Under the pieces are notes generated by a model that saw only the letters and a list, made by a program, of their open reading frames with translations, was not told where the DNA came from and did no database searches. The position numbers and the translations under genes were made by a program. 64,000 nt of DNA, from positions 1-64,000 of IMG/VR virus record IMGVR_UViG_3300017560_000009. One strand, 5' to 3'. This document shows positions 45,087-54,666 of the stretch, piece after piece. The DNA comes from a virus (lineage: Duplodnaviria; Caudoviricetes). Every line of letters starts with the position of its first letter. Position 1 is the first letter of the stretch.

Positions 45087-45674
45087 TTACGCCATCTCGA
45101 AGGCCGGGTGCGGCGTCGAGTGCGCCTTGGCCGTCAGCAGCACCTTGATCTGGTGCAGCACGTCATGCAGCGCGTTGTGGGCGTCCCCTTGGAACGGGAT
45201 CATCGTTTCCAGAGGCGGGGGATCTTGCGGGTAGTAGCGACCGCGCAAGAACGAGTTCATGTCGTTGGTCATGCGGAAGTGGAACGGATTGCCCACGCCG
45301 AATTCCTTGAAGTAGGACTCCAGGAACGGGTACTCGAAGTGCGAGGGCTTGGCCCACAGACGCGGCTGGTCGTTATAGGGATCAAGATCAGCTTGCACCC
45401 AGTCCTTGAAGGCCTGCAAGACCAGCTCGGGCTTCTCGCCACGGGACATGATCGACATCAGCAGATCCTTCTTATCCTTGAGCCACCACGACCGGGTGTC
45501 TTCCTGCCAGAAGCGCGTCGGCGGCATCATCAGGCAGCGGTCGAAGGTATGCGGCGAGATCGTGCCTTCCTTCAGGTTGAACTTCACAGCGGCGATCTGG
45601 ATTATGGCGGTGGTCTCCGGCTGCGTGCCGGTGGATTCCAAGTCGCACATAACGTCGGGAAAGAGTTGAGTCAT
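45087..45674 (-). CDS. DEDDh 3'-5' exonuclease
   Basis: CDLESTG, HNALHD. Confidence 0.85.
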   Translation of the reverse strand: MTQLFPDVMCDLESTGTQPETTAIIQIAAVKFNLKEGTISPHTFDRCLMMPPTRFWQEDTRSWWLKDKKDLLMSIMSRGEKPELVLQAFKDWVQADLDPYNDQPRLWAKPSHFEYPFLESYFKEFGVGNPFHFRMTNDMNSFLRGRYYPQDPPPLETMIPFQGDAHNALHDVLHQIKVLLTAKAHSTPHPAFEMA

Positions 45675-46117
45675 TGCTGTACCCAGAGAGTGAATTGAGG
45701 AAAGGTGAGGGAAGGGAGGTCAAGCCACTTCACCGACTTCTTACCAGCATCAACGAGTCGGATGAAGTGTCCAGCATCCACCACATGCCACTGTTCCAGC
45801 GCCAAGTGGTAGATGAAGAAGAAGTATCGGCCTCCCGCCGCCAGTGTTTGGCGAGCGCAGGCCATTTGTTGTTTGGTGATGTTGGAGAAAGCGAAGGACG
45901 TTTCATTGGCCGTCTCCTTCACTTCCGCATAGAACATCTTGTTGTAGGCACTCATCATGTAGTCGGCAGGTTGAGCGTCCTTTCGGGCCAGATGATTGGC
46001 CTGTTGGCCAATAACGAACGTCGAGTCTGTGAAGCGTTGGACGTGGACCCGCTTACCATGGGGTTTCCACCAGTCTTCGAACATGCTTTCGGCGTCCTTG
46101 CCCTTACCGCGTGCCAT
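45671..46117 (-). CDS. RecU-like Holliday junction resolvase
   Basis: QPADY...YAEVKET...FSNITKQQ (PD-(D/E)xK family). Confidence 0.7.
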   Translation of the reverse strand: MARGKGKDAESMFEDWWKPHGKRVHVQRFTDSTFVIGQQANHLARKDAQPADYMMSAYNKMFYAEVKETANETSFAFSNITKQQMACARQTLAAGGRYFFFIYHLALEQWHVVDAGHFIRLVDAGKKSVKWLDLPSLTFPQFTLWVQQ

Positions 46118-46190
46118 GGTGCTTCCTTCAAGAATGAAGGTTGCATTATAGGCCGGAATACACCTTTGTGGTGCATCCGGCCTAGTCTTT

Positions 46191-46421
46191 TTACTTGGGC
46201 AGGTTCAGCCCAAGTTTCTGGTGGGCCTTGCTCAGCAACTCCATAGCCAAGTCGATGGCTTCCTTCGGGGTCAGGTGAACGCGCAGATCACGTTGATCAC
46301 CGTGTTTTTCGAAGAACTCCATCTCCACGCCCTCGGGCGAACTGGGGCTGGCCCTCACCATGACGGCGTTGACATCGACCAGCTTAGCTGCCCGCTTGTT
46401 GAACTTCTCATCAACTTTCAT
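46191..46421 (-). CDS. Hypothetical protein
   Basis: GGAG RBS before MKVDEKF; phage codon usage. Confidence 0.6.
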   Translation of the reverse strand: MKVDEKFNKRAAKLVDVNAVMVRASPSSPEGVEMEFFEKHGDQRDLRVHLTPKEAIDLAMELLSKAHQKLGLNLPK

Positions 46422-46431
46422 GGTATCTCCT

Positions 46432-46731
46432 TCAATAGACCATGCAGTCCCGGCTACCGCAACGCCAGCCTTGCGTGTCTTGATGGACGTTCTCCGTGGT
46501 CCCGCAGCAGACACATTTGTGCGGCACCAGGGTGAAGCGCGGCACGCCGGTATGGTGCTGGCCCTGGAAGTTCTCGACCGTCCTGGTCCAGTGCCGGCCA
46601 TCGTGCTTGCCACGGAAGGTCACGGACGGTAGGTCGATCCCACCCTCCAGGGTGATGTGGCCCGTGCAGACGACGTGGTAGAGCTTGCCGTTGACGTGGG
46701 TGTAGTCACGGCCGACGAGGATTTCAGGCAT
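46432..46731 (-). CDS. DUF1653-like protein with a C-terminal Cys cluster
   Basis: YTHVNGKLYHV...WTRTVENF; CVCC...CGSRDC tail. Confidence 0.6.
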   Translation of the reverse strand: MPEILVGRDYTHVNGKLYHVVCTGHITLEGGIDLPSVTFRGKHDGRHWTRTVENFQGQHHTGVPRFTLVPHKCVCCGTTENVHQDTQGWRCGSRDCMVY

Positions 46732-48067
46732 GTTCCACCTCCTGCACTTCGTGAAGCCGCACGTACACCGGGTTCTTCAGCGAGCCGTCCTTGGTGATCT
46801 CGATGGCTTCCAGCACCACGCGCTTGCCGTTCATGCGCTCACCCATCGACCAGAAGAGACCACGGGTGCCGAGGTCGAAGCCGGAACCGCACTTCGAGTC
46901 GAACTTCACACCATGCTCGTCCTGGCCACGGACCATGATGCCTCCCATGTTGCCTTCCAGCGCCGAGTTCTTCTTGCCTTCGTACATGCCGTAGATCACA
47001 CCGTCGAAGGTTTGCAGCGGCTTGCCCTTCAACCAGTTGCCCGAGCGCTTGTACTCGTAGTAGCCACGCGGGTCTTTGATCATCAGACCTTCATAGCCAT
47101 CGTCCACGGCCTTGCGCAGCTTCTTGGACAGCTCTTCCTGGGTGTGCGCCCATTCGAAGGGGCTGGGACGCAGCAGCAGGTCGTCGCCGTAGAGGTTCTT
47201 CAACTCGTCCAGCGCGGCCAGCAGCATGCTGGAGCGGGCCTCCTGGTCCATCGCGCATTCCTGGTTGTCCCATTGGTTCAGCGGGATCCAGTCGAAGAGG
47301 TAGTAGCGCAGCTTGGACTTATCAGCGCCTTCCTTCTTCGATTCCATGGTGGCGTTCCAGGTGTTGGACTTGCCACCGGGGTTGAGCTGCTGGTCCATGA
47401 CCTCGCCGTCGAAGACCACGCCGTTGATGCTGCCGACCAGGAGGGTACGCAGTGAATCCAGCTGGGCGTCGAACATATCTTCCAGCCAGCCTTTGCGCTG
47501 GTCCAGGCCGTCGCGGGAACGCATCTCGAAGCGGGCCGGAAAGTCCGGGCGCTTCTTGATGAGCGTGGTCACACGCTGGCCGTCGAACTTCAGCTCGACC
47601 ATGCAGGGGATTACGGCGTCGTTCTTGCCCGGTTCCCACTTCTCGGCCAGCATCACGTCGAAGACGGGGATGAAACCGGGGAGGATCTTGTTGATCTCCT
47701 TCGCGCCCATGCCCACGCGCAGGTTCTTGCGCAGCACGCAAGCCAAGGCTTCCGCCGCTTCCTGGGGGTACAGGCCCAGGACTGCCGTGATCTCCTTCTG
47801 CGCGGCCTTGCCCGTCAGCTCGCGGTCGGACAGCTGGTCCAGCAGCGTGAAGAAGTGGTCGATGGGCTTGCAGCTCATGTCCGGGTATTCCTCGGGCATG
47901 TCGAAGTTCTTCACGCCGAAGGTGGTAAACGGCGTCATGGCCTTGAACACCAGCTCGTGCGCGGTACTGGGCGGCGCGCCCAGCTGAATGAAGGCCTCGG
48001 CCTTCTCGATGCGACTGCCAGTGGCCGCAGCGGCGCGCATGAAGTTCACAAAACGGGTAAGACTCAT
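46724..48067 (-). CDS. ATP-dependent DNA ligase
   Basis: ELKFDGQR (KxDG), FDGE, EGLMIKD, WLKGK, C-terminal OB fold. Confidence 0.92.
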   Translation of the reverse strand: MSLTRFVNFMRAAAATGSRIEKAEAFIQLGAPPSTAHELVFKAMTPFTTFGVKNFDMPEEYPDMSCKPIDHFFTLLDQLSDRELTGKAAQKEITAVLGLYPQEAAEALACVLRKNLRVGMGAKEINKILPGFIPVFDVMLAEKWEPGKNDAVIPCMVELKFDGQRVTTLIKKRPDFPARFEMRSRDGLDQRKGWLEDMFDAQLDSLRTLLVGSINGVVFDGEVMDQQLNPGGKSNTWNATMESKKEGADKSKLRYYLFDWIPLNQWDNQECAMDQEARSSMLLAALDELKNLYGDDLLLRPSPFEWAHTQEELSKKLRKAVDDGYEGLMIKDPRGYYEYKRSGNWLKGKPLQTFDGVIYGMYEGKKNSALEGNMGGIMVRGQDEHGVKFDSKCGSGFDLGTRGLFWSMGERMNGKRVVLEAIEITKDGSLKNPVYVRLHEVQEVEHA

Positions 48068-48070
48068 CTT

Positions 48071-48256
48071 TCAATCCTCGTACAAGTTAACCCAGGCTTG
48101 CTTTTCTTTGTCCCAGTATTCTTGGGCAAGCATGGTGTAGGTGGAAAACCACATCGTCCCTGGCGCTGCGGTACTGACCTGACCAGTATTTGGGTCTGTG
48201 TACCGCAGCGTCCCGTGGCGAGGCTCAGCTGTTCTTGAACTCTTGCCAGTTGACAT
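48071..48256 (-). CDS. Small hypothetical protein
   Basis: Fits the tight gene packing upstream of the ligase. Confidence 0.45.
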   Translation of the reverse strand: MSTGKSSRTAEPRHGTLRYTDPNTGQVSTAAPGTMWFSTYTMLAQEYWDKEKQAWVNLYED

Positions 48257-48506
48257 TGGGCGCTTCCTCGCTTTCGTTCTTCAGCCATTGCTCGGCTTCG
48301 ATCACGCCATCAAGCAGTTCCTGGTCGAACTCTTCGCCCGTGGATTCTTCGCCGTACTTATCGAAGATCTCATCATGGGTGGGCAGCTCTTCGAGCACCC
48401 ACACCTGGGCGTCCAGCGTGTGCTTGTGGAAGTTCGGAATGAACATCCGGCACTGGGCGAGTTCTACCAGCTCGGCCGCGATCTCTTCCTTGGTGCGCAG
48501 GGCCAT
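48225..48506 (-). CDS. Acidic hypothetical protein
   Basis: MALRTKEEI...; RBS GAGGGG. Confidence 0.6.
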   Translation of the reverse strand: MALRTKEEIAAELVELAQCRMFIPNFHKHTLDAQVWVLEELPTHDEIFDKYGEESTGEEFDQELLDGVIEAEQWLKNESEEAPNVNWQEFKNS

Positions 48507-48507
48507 G

Positions 48508-48753
48508 TCACTTCCCCTCGACCAGACGTTCGAGGTCTTGCGCGAGCATCGGCAGCTCACGCTCGCAGTGGCGGGCGTAGGCACGCAGCGCGGGGCCGGC
48601 GTACTTGTCGTTGTCGATGTCGATCACGAAGTAACGCGCACCTTCGCGGTCGCCACCCGGTTGGTCGCGCCCGTCATTGCGGGTCACGGTGAACTTCTCG
48701 TACAAGCCCTCGGGCTGCACGTCGTTGGGGTTGTAGGGTGTGTCCATCTTCAA
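48508..48753 (-). CDS. Small hypothetical phage protein
   Basis: GLYEKFTVTRNDG...YFVIDID...ALRAYA. Confidence 0.7.
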   Translation of the reverse strand: MKMDTPYNPNDVQPEGLYEKFTVTRNDGRDQPGGDREGARYFVIDIDNDKYAGPALRAYARHCERELPMLAQDLERLVEGK

Positions 48754-49385
48754 TCCTTGAGGTAGTGAGTCTGCGGGGCCATCGACTGGCCCATGGGGGC
48801 CAGCTTGTTGTACATCTGCATGAACCGCTTACGCGATTCATCGCGGTTCCACACGCAGTCCAGGTAGACCTCCAGTGGGAAGTCCAGTCTGGCCAGCGTG
48901 AGGTGGTTGATACCGGCGTCTTCCAGGCAGGCCCAGAGGTCGCCGTTCTGAAGCAGAACATGCTTCTCGATGGCCAAGGCCACGAGATCCGCGTAGCGGA
49001 TACGCGGGTCGTGCGTCGGATCGAAACGGAACCAGCGGGCCATGTGGCCATGCAGCTCGTTCTCGATCCTGCGGTAGTCCGGCAGCAGGCGCTTGAGTGG
49101 CGAGGTGGCGTCTCCCATCAGCGATTCTGTCGCATCATGGAAGAGGCCCATGTACCAGAGCTGCGGCTGGCTCGGGTTCAGTTCCATCAGCAGCTGGGCA
49201 ACCAGCACGCTGTGCTGTGCGACGTTGTAGGTCACATAAGGGAGCTGGCCGCAGTAGCGCGCCGTCGAAGACAGTCCGCTCGCCACGTCGTACACGCTCA
49301 TGTGGCTGTTCGCTCCGATGTTGGTCCAGTCGAAGTAGCCACCGGAGGCCAGCGACACGTCATCTTTATGCGGGGTTGGCTTCAT
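48750..49385 (-). CDS. HD-domain phosphohydrolase (YfbR/YfdR-like)
   Basis: RYCGQ, YNVAQHS, LFHDATE..MGD..SPLK. Confidence 0.88.
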   Translation of the reverse strand: MKPTPHKDDVSLASGGYFDWTNIGANSHMSVYDVASGLSSTARYCGQLPYVTYNVAQHSVLVAQLLMELNPSQPQLWYMGLFHDATESLMGDATSPLKRLLPDYRRIENELHGHMARWFRFDPTHDPRIRYADLVALAIEKHVLLQNGDLWACLEDAGINHLTLARLDFPLEVYLDCVWNRDESRKRFMQMYNKLAPMGQSMAPQTHYLKD

Positions 49386-50037
49386 CTTCGGTCTCCTTGT
49401 TGGCGCGGTCGAGCTTGTGCTGAGCGACCATCAGCTCCCACTCTTCCTTCTTCACACGCCGGCAACCTTCCAGGCTGTCGGGATCATAGGTAGCGCACGG
49501 TCCCGTGACCTTGAAGCCTTTGTCTTCCTGCTCCTTGACATAGGCCCGGATGTCAGGCGCCCACATGGCATAAGGACCGTCCTTGCCCAAGTACAGGAAG
49601 CCGACTTCATGCAGCGGAGGCCAGCCGATGTGGCGGAAACCTTCTTCCGATTCCTTGCCGTCCTCGATCTTGACGAAGGACATGGTGAGCGGGATCTTGT
49701 AGGCGTCCACCAGCTTGCTCGGTTGCGTTTCGATGCAAGGCTGGTTCTTGAAACGCTCCGCCCAGTGCGTGCCTTGCTTCGGGTGGCAGGTCTTGTTGCG
49801 ACCCTTCGGCTTGGTGAAGTCCGGGTGGTGGTGGCCGCGTTCGAACTGCACGCCCAGCAAGGTGCCTTTGTCGATGTGACGGAAGGCTCCTTCCACCTTG
49901 GCTTCGTCGCTGATTTCCTTGATCAGCGCAGCGCGAGCGCCGTCCGTGGCGATCACGTCACGGATGTGGGCTTGCACCAGTTCGAGGGCGAGACCCCCTT
50001 CGATGATGTAGTAGAGAGAGGGAATGTTGGGGTTCAT
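49366..50037 (-). CDS. Hypothetical protein
   Basis: ATGA-coupled to the polymerase stop; phage codon usage. Confidence 0.7.
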   Translation of the reverse strand: MNPNIPSLYYIIEGGLALELVQAHIRDVIATDGARAALIKEISDEAKVEGAFRHIDKGTLLGVQFERGHHHPDFTKPKGRNKTCHPKQGTHWAERFKNQPCIETQPSKLVDAYKIPLTMSFVKIEDGKESEEGFRHIGWPPLHEVGFLYLGKDGPYAMWAPDIRAYVKEQEDKGFKVTGPCATYDPDSLEGCRRVKKEEWELMVAQHKLDRANKETEDEANPA

Positions 50038-52760
50038 GCGGCTTTCCTTTCTTGTTTGGGGCCGTCCAGGATGTAGTCCAGGATGGCTTGCCGTTCTTCG
50101 TCGTTGGCAGCGTTGCCCCACGAGCTTTCAGCCACGCAGGGGACGCCCTTCTGGATTTCCATCAGTTCGATCTGGCCGTTCGGTGCTTTGTCCAGGCTCC
50201 ACGGCTGCAACGTCTTACCGATGGCCAGCGAAGAGTCCAGCTTCAGGTTGTTGATGAGGCCAGCGCCTTCGATCATGACAGCGTATAGATCCTTCATGAA
50301 GGCCAGGGCTTGCGAACGCGGCACGGAGTAGACCAGTTCGTCATGGATCAGCAGGAAGAAGCGGGCGCGGTATCCCTTCTCAGCGATCACTTCCTTCATG
50401 CGCTTGATCTTGCGCTTGGCCAGCGCCGCACACAGACCTTGCACCATGGAGTTCACCGACTGGTTGCCGGCGCGGCGGTTGATCTTCTTGATGACCAGCT
50501 CGCCGAAGTTGGTGATGGCTTCGACACCGTAGTGCTGGAACTTCTGGCGCATGTGGGCCATCCATTCGTAGGTCGATTCGAAGCGATCACGACGATGGTG
50601 GTCAGGCAGTTCGACGTAGCCGTTGTCACGCGAGAAGTCGATGACACCAAGACGCCATGCTTCGCCTTGAGGGAACGTGTTGCGGTACTTCTCGGTCTGC
50701 TCCCACATCTCGTCCGATGTCCAACCCATTTCCTTGGCCGTGGTGCCGAGCGCGCCGGAGTACCAGTAGCCGAAGTTGGACACCTTGCCGACCTTGGTTC
50801 GCAACTCCTTCTTCTTCGGGCTGATGTCGTACTCTTCCTTGCTCATCCCGGTCATACCGAGTACGGCACGAGAGTGCAGATCCTTGTGCGGGCGCTGGCC
50901 ATAAGCGTCGAAGAAGCCCGCATCGCCGGAGTATTCCCCGATGATCACCAGCTCAACCGCCGACCAGTCCGCCGAGATCAGCACATGCTCTTCACCCTCA
51001 GCGTCGTCCTTGTCAGCTTCGAAGAAGCCGCGCACGTACTGGGATTCCCCGAACTTGGCCAGCTGCTGGCCGTTGGGGGTCGAGCACGCCGAGCGCCGGC
51101 TGGCCAGCAAGCTGGACAAGACCGGGTACACGCGGTTGGTATCAGGGTCGATGAGGTTCAGATACGGCGTGATGTACAGCTTCACGCGCTGGGAGATCCC
51201 GGCCATCTTGGCGTAGACATCGAACACCCCCAGGCCGGCCCGGAAACGGGCATAGGCGCTCTCCAATTCCTCGGGGAGTACCCAGGTAGCCACGTCCTCC
51301 AAAACCTCGCCCTGCGGGTCCACAGGCACGCCCTTTTCGGGGTGGATGAAACCGGCCAGCTCGCCCTCGGCGTAGCGCTTGATCCAGCGGCGGCGCAACT
51401 CGGTGCGGCAGTCGCCATCCGATTGGGTCTTGCCGTTGACCAGCATGAAGCTGCCGCGCATCAGGTCGTACAGAATGACGCGCATCGGCATGTAGTGGAC
51501 GAGGTTCGGGCCAGTGCTTTCACGCTCACCATTTTCCAGCGCCCAGGCGGCTGAGACCGGTGAGCGAACCTGTTTGACCTGCAAGTAGTCGTCCTGGTGG
51601 TCCATGCTGTTGGCCCAGGCCACGATCTGGGAGCGGTACTTGGCGACGTTGCCGCTGCCTTTGGTCTCGTCCCAATACCACTTGTCGTACTTGGCCAGCT
51701 TGTCGTGCATGTCGGCAGGGAAGGGGAGCAAGCCCTTAACTGCGGCCTTCAACTCCCGCAGCGATTGCGCTTCCAACGAGCGCTCGACCGAACGGCGCGC
51801 ATACACCGCGTCGGTGTTCATCTCGATGCCGTGTTGCCAGACTTCGGAGGCCGCTTTCACGAAAGGCATTTCCTGTTCCAGATACGTCTGGAAGACAGGC
51901 GGGTTGGTCTGCATGATGTAGGCCAGCACCGTATGGAACAGCTTCAGGCACCAGTAGGCGTCGTCCACGCCGTAGCTGGCCACTTCGTCGCCAGTCAACT
52001 GGCCCATGTGGACCTTCTTGCCCATGGTCTGTTCAAACGTGGCCATGTCGTAGCCGAACCAGGACTTCACCGCACGCTTCAGGTCGTAGCCGATCTTGAT
52101 GGAAGCGACGTAGCCGTTCCAGCTGTGGTCTGCGTCCGACTCCTTGGCGATGACCTTGTACAGCAGCTCTTCCTGTTCGTTGCTCATCTCCATGCCCGGT
52201 TGGTAGCCGGCGAAGACGCGCTGCACGATGGGCAGAAGCTTCTCGATCCCGCCCAGACCTGGGCCATAGAAGCGATCCCGGAAGTAGGTGTCAGGCGAGT
52301 AGGCCGACACGCACAACTGCATGGAGCACAGCACCTTGTCGCCCAGCTCGAAGCCCAGCGACTTGGCCATCATGGTCCATTCATAGTTGGCGTTGTGGAT
52401 GACCCAGTACGCATCGGGGCGCTTGGCCTCCAGCATCTGCTTGGCCACTTCCCACGGCACGCGGTTCTCCACGTCCGCGTGAGCGAGATTGATGTAGTAG
52501 CCGCGCTCGCCTTTGTCCGGGTAGATCGAAAACCCGGTCACGGTGGTGCGGTTCACATCGAACACCAGACGCGCCGCCGCCGACTTGCGGCCTTCATCGT
52601 CCGCCTTCATGAAGCGGTTCAGGCCATCGTGACGGTCGATGTCCTGGGTTTCAATGTCGAAGCCGATCATGCCGGCCTTCGACACCTCGTCCACGATGAT
52701 CGGAAGATACTGGTCGATGTTGCGAGCATCGACCAGTATCTTGTTCTGCAATTCCAACAT
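50034..52760 (-). CDS. polA: DNA polymerase family A with a 3'-5' exonuclease domain
   Basis: GFDIETQD (Exo I), ISADWSAVEL (motif A), KVSNFGYWY (motif B, Phe at the 762-equivalent position), IHDEL (motif C). Confidence 0.93.
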   Translation of the reverse strand: MLELQNKILVDARNIDQYLPIIVDEVSKAGMIGFDIETQDIDRHDGLNRFMKADDEGRKSAAARLVFDVNRTTVTGFSIYPDKGERGYYINLAHADVENRVPWEVAKQMLEAKRPDAYWVIHNANYEWTMMAKSLGFELGDKVLCSMQLCVSAYSPDTYFRDRFYGPGLGGIEKLLPIVQRVFAGYQPGMEMSNEQEELLYKVIAKESDADHSWNGYVASIKIGYDLKRAVKSWFGYDMATFEQTMGKKVHMGQLTGDEVASYGVDDAYWCLKLFHTVLAYIMQTNPPVFQTYLEQEMPFVKAASEVWQHGIEMNTDAVYARRSVERSLEAQSLRELKAAVKGLLPFPADMHDKLAKYDKWYWDETKGSGNVAKYRSQIVAWANSMDHQDDYLQVKQVRSPVSAAWALENGERESTGPNLVHYMPMRVILYDLMRGSFMLVNGKTQSDGDCRTELRRRWIKRYAEGELAGFIHPEKGVPVDPQGEVLEDVATWVLPEELESAYARFRAGLGVFDVYAKMAGISQRVKLYITPYLNLIDPDTNRVYPVLSSLLASRRSACSTPNGQQLAKFGESQYVRGFFEADKDDAEGEEHVLISADWSAVELVIIGEYSGDAGFFDAYGQRPHKDLHSRAVLGMTGMSKEEYDISPKKKELRTKVGKVSNFGYWYSGALGTTAKEMGWTSDEMWEQTEKYRNTFPQGEAWRLGVIDFSRDNGYVELPDHHRRDRFESTYEWMAHMRQKFQHYGVEAITNFGELVIKKINRRAGNQSVNSMVQGLCAALAKRKIKRMKEVIAEKGYRARFFLLIHDELVYSVPRSQALAFMKDLYAVMIEGAGLINNLKLDSSLAIGKTLQPWSLDKAPNGQIELMEIQKGVPCVAESSWGNAANDEERQAILDYILDGPKQERKAA

Positions 52761-52769
52761 GACAGCTCC

Positions 52770-53171
52770 TTAGAACTCGCGCCGGCCCACAACCTCGCCG
52801 GTGAAGTCGTGAATCAACAGTTCAGTCGGGTAGTTCTTTCCGTCAACCATCAGCACCTTCGGGGCGATCAGGTTTTCGAATACCGTCTGGCCCCAGCAGT
52901 TGATGACGACTTGATCGCCTTTGCTGAAGAAGTGAGCCGGGGGACCGTGCAGTGTGATCTCGCCTTCAACGTCGGACTCGATCACATAGGTTTCCCAGTG
53001 CTTGCCGTTGGCCATGCTGTTGACATGGACCATCTCGAACGGCTCGATGCCCACCAGCGCCATTAGGCGGCGGCAGATGGCGATGCTTCCCCGGTAATTC
53101 AGGTTGGCGTCCGTCACCGTGGCGCGGTGGATCTTGGCGCGCAGGAAGGTGCGCGTGGTCTGGTGGGCCAT
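52770..53171 (-). CDS. panD: Aspartate 1-decarboxylase proenzyme (pyruvoyl-dependent)
   Basis: KIHRATVTDANLNYRG|SIAI (Gly-Ser self-cleavage site), NG..ETYV (Tyr58-equivalent), GDQVVI. Confidence 0.88.
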   Translation of the reverse strand: MAHQTTRTFLRAKIHRATVTDANLNYRGSIAICRRLMALVGIEPFEMVHVNSMANGKHWETYVIESDVEGEITLHGPPAHFFSKGDQVVINCWGQTVFENLIAPKVLMVDGKNYPTELLIHDFTGEVVGRREF

Positions 53172-53617
53172 TACACGCGCCCCTTGCGCACGTCGCCGAC
53201 CATCTCGTAGCGACCCATGGCCAGCGGCACGATGGGGCGGTTTTCGACGGTGATGACGATGTTGGCTTCGCGGGCTTCGGCCAGCAGCAGCTCCAGCTTG
53301 GCCTGGATGCGCGCCAGGGCTTCGTCCTGGTCCACGGGCGGTGCAGTCTTCTTGGCCACGTACTGGAAGACTTCTTCACGGGTCACTACCACTTCCATCT
53401 TGTGCTCGCCGGAGGCCTTCCACTTGGCCTTGGCCGGTTTCTTGGTCGGCACGAACACATCCCCAGTCAGCTTCAGCGCATGCGTGCCGATGCGTTCGAC
53501 CAGATAGAAGTTGAAGTTCTCCAGGCCTATCGTGTCCCGGTTCAACTTCTCCCAGGCCGCGAGCATATAGTCCTGGGGTTCCATGCCAAAGAGGTCTTTG
53601 TATTCAGGCGTCTTCAT
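53171..53617 (-). CDS. Hypothetical protein
   Basis: TAATG-coupled to panD. Confidence 0.65.
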   Translation of the reverse strand: MKTPEYKDLFGMEPQDYMLAAWEKLNRDTIGLENFNFYLVERIGTHALKLTGDVFVPTKKPAKAKWKASGEHKMEVVVTREEVFQYVAKKTAPPVDQDEALARIQAKLELLLAEAREANIVITVENRPIVPLAMGRYEMVGDVRKGRV

Positions 53618-53618
53618 G

Positions 53619-53834
53619 TCAGTTTCCTTGTTCGAGGATGGCAACTTGCAACGCGAGGCCAGCGGTCGAGACGGCCAGCACGCCGATGGCACCGTGTTCC
53701 TGCACGATGGCAACGATCTTGCCGACCAGCTCTTCGCCGAGCTTGCGTTGATCTTCGGGGAGGGTCTTGATGAGGTCTTGGGCTTGCATCAAGTCAAGGC
53801 GAGCAGCGCGGAGTTCTTCGGGGGAGGTCTTCAC
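53619..53834 (-). CDS. Small hypothetical protein
   Basis: GTGA overlap with the exonuclease stop. Confidence 0.55.
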   Translation of the reverse strand: MKTSPEELRAARLDLMQAQDLIKTLPEDQRKLGEELVGKIVAIVQEHGAIGVLAVSTAGLALQVAILEQGN

Positions 53835-54619
53835 AGCATGTATCCTTTGAGGATGTTTTCGATTTGCCCGATGTTGGGAATACCTGCCTTCATGTACTTC
53901 TTCAGCTCCGCGTCGGGCACGTCGCGGAATCCGATGATGTCCCACATCTTTCGCAGGACGGGTTCGTTCTCTTTGATCCACTTCAGAGAAGCCGGTTTCA
54001 ATGCCAAAGCTTCGGCAAACATCTCGAAGTCGAGCGGTGTTGAATTTACGAAGTAGTCGAGCCATAGCTTCTTATCCGTGTTGCTCCAGGCCACGTCGCC
54101 GAACTTGTAGACACCGGAGATCGAGTCGGAAGCATCCCCCACCAGTGTCTTGCGCAAGCGCACTTCGGTCCAGTCCGTGGCTTCATAGACCACATTGTCG
54201 CGCCCATGGATGGTCACGTTCGTGCCATCGCATAGCGCGAGAAAGTCACCGTCGTTGGAGTAGATCTTGAATCGCTGGCCAGTGCCAGCACGGGAGCGCA
54301 CGAGCGCTGCAATCACATCATCCGCCTCATGGTAGGGGACTTCAACCTGGATGCAGCGGGTGTGGAGCAAGACCTGCTTGAACAGATCTTGAGTCTTGTA
54401 GAACTCGTCGGTGGCGCGAACGCGCTTGACCTTGTAGTTGGGGTAGATATCGCGGCGATACTTCTTGGAGTGATAGCCGTCCCAGACGTAGATGACCGGA
54501 TCACCGACCGGGTACATCATCTGGATATCAGCCAGCACGCCTCGCATCATCCCGGTGGCTTCGAAGGTCCGGCGAAACGTGTTGTTGCCGTCGATCAGGT
54601 GAATCGTGGTCATGGTCAT
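53831..54619 (-). CDS. 5'-3' exonuclease/flap endonuclease (PIN-like)
   Basis: IDGNN, VWDG, EADDVIA, SNDGDF, LVGDASDSISGV. Confidence 0.9.
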   Translation of the reverse strand: MTMTTIHLIDGNNTFRRTFEATGMMRGVLADIQMMYPVGDPVIYVWDGYHSKKYRRDIYPNYKVKRVRATDEFYKTQDLFKQVLLHTRCIQVEVPYHEADDVIAALVRSRAGTGQRFKIYSNDGDFLALCDGTNVTIHGRDNVVYEATDWTEVRLRKTLVGDASDSISGVYKFGDVAWSNTDKKLWLDYFVNSTPLDFEMFAEALALKPASLKWIKENEPVLRKMWDIIGFRDVPDAELKKYMKAGIPNIGQIENILKGYML

Positions 54620-54632
54620 CCTCGGGAGAAAG

Positions 54633-54666
54633 AAAAAGGGCGGAAGGTTTTATCCTTCCACCCTTT
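54633..54666 (-). terminator. Terminator hairpin upstream of the exonuclease gene
   Basis: Minus strand AAAGGG-T-GGAAGG-loop-CCTTCC-G-CCCTTT-TT. Confidence 0.65.

Noticed and set aside
46147-46194. TATAAT (minus strand) beside an imperfect hairpin upstream of the resolvase gene
   Set aside because: There is no credible -35 at the right spacing, so it is too weak to call as a promoter.
48750-52760. 2-aminoadenine (Z) genome system (DatZ/MazZ/DpoZ)
   Set aside because: HD, MazG-like and PolA genes are present, but no PurZ/PurA homologue is in the window; it cannot be excluded for sequence outside the window.
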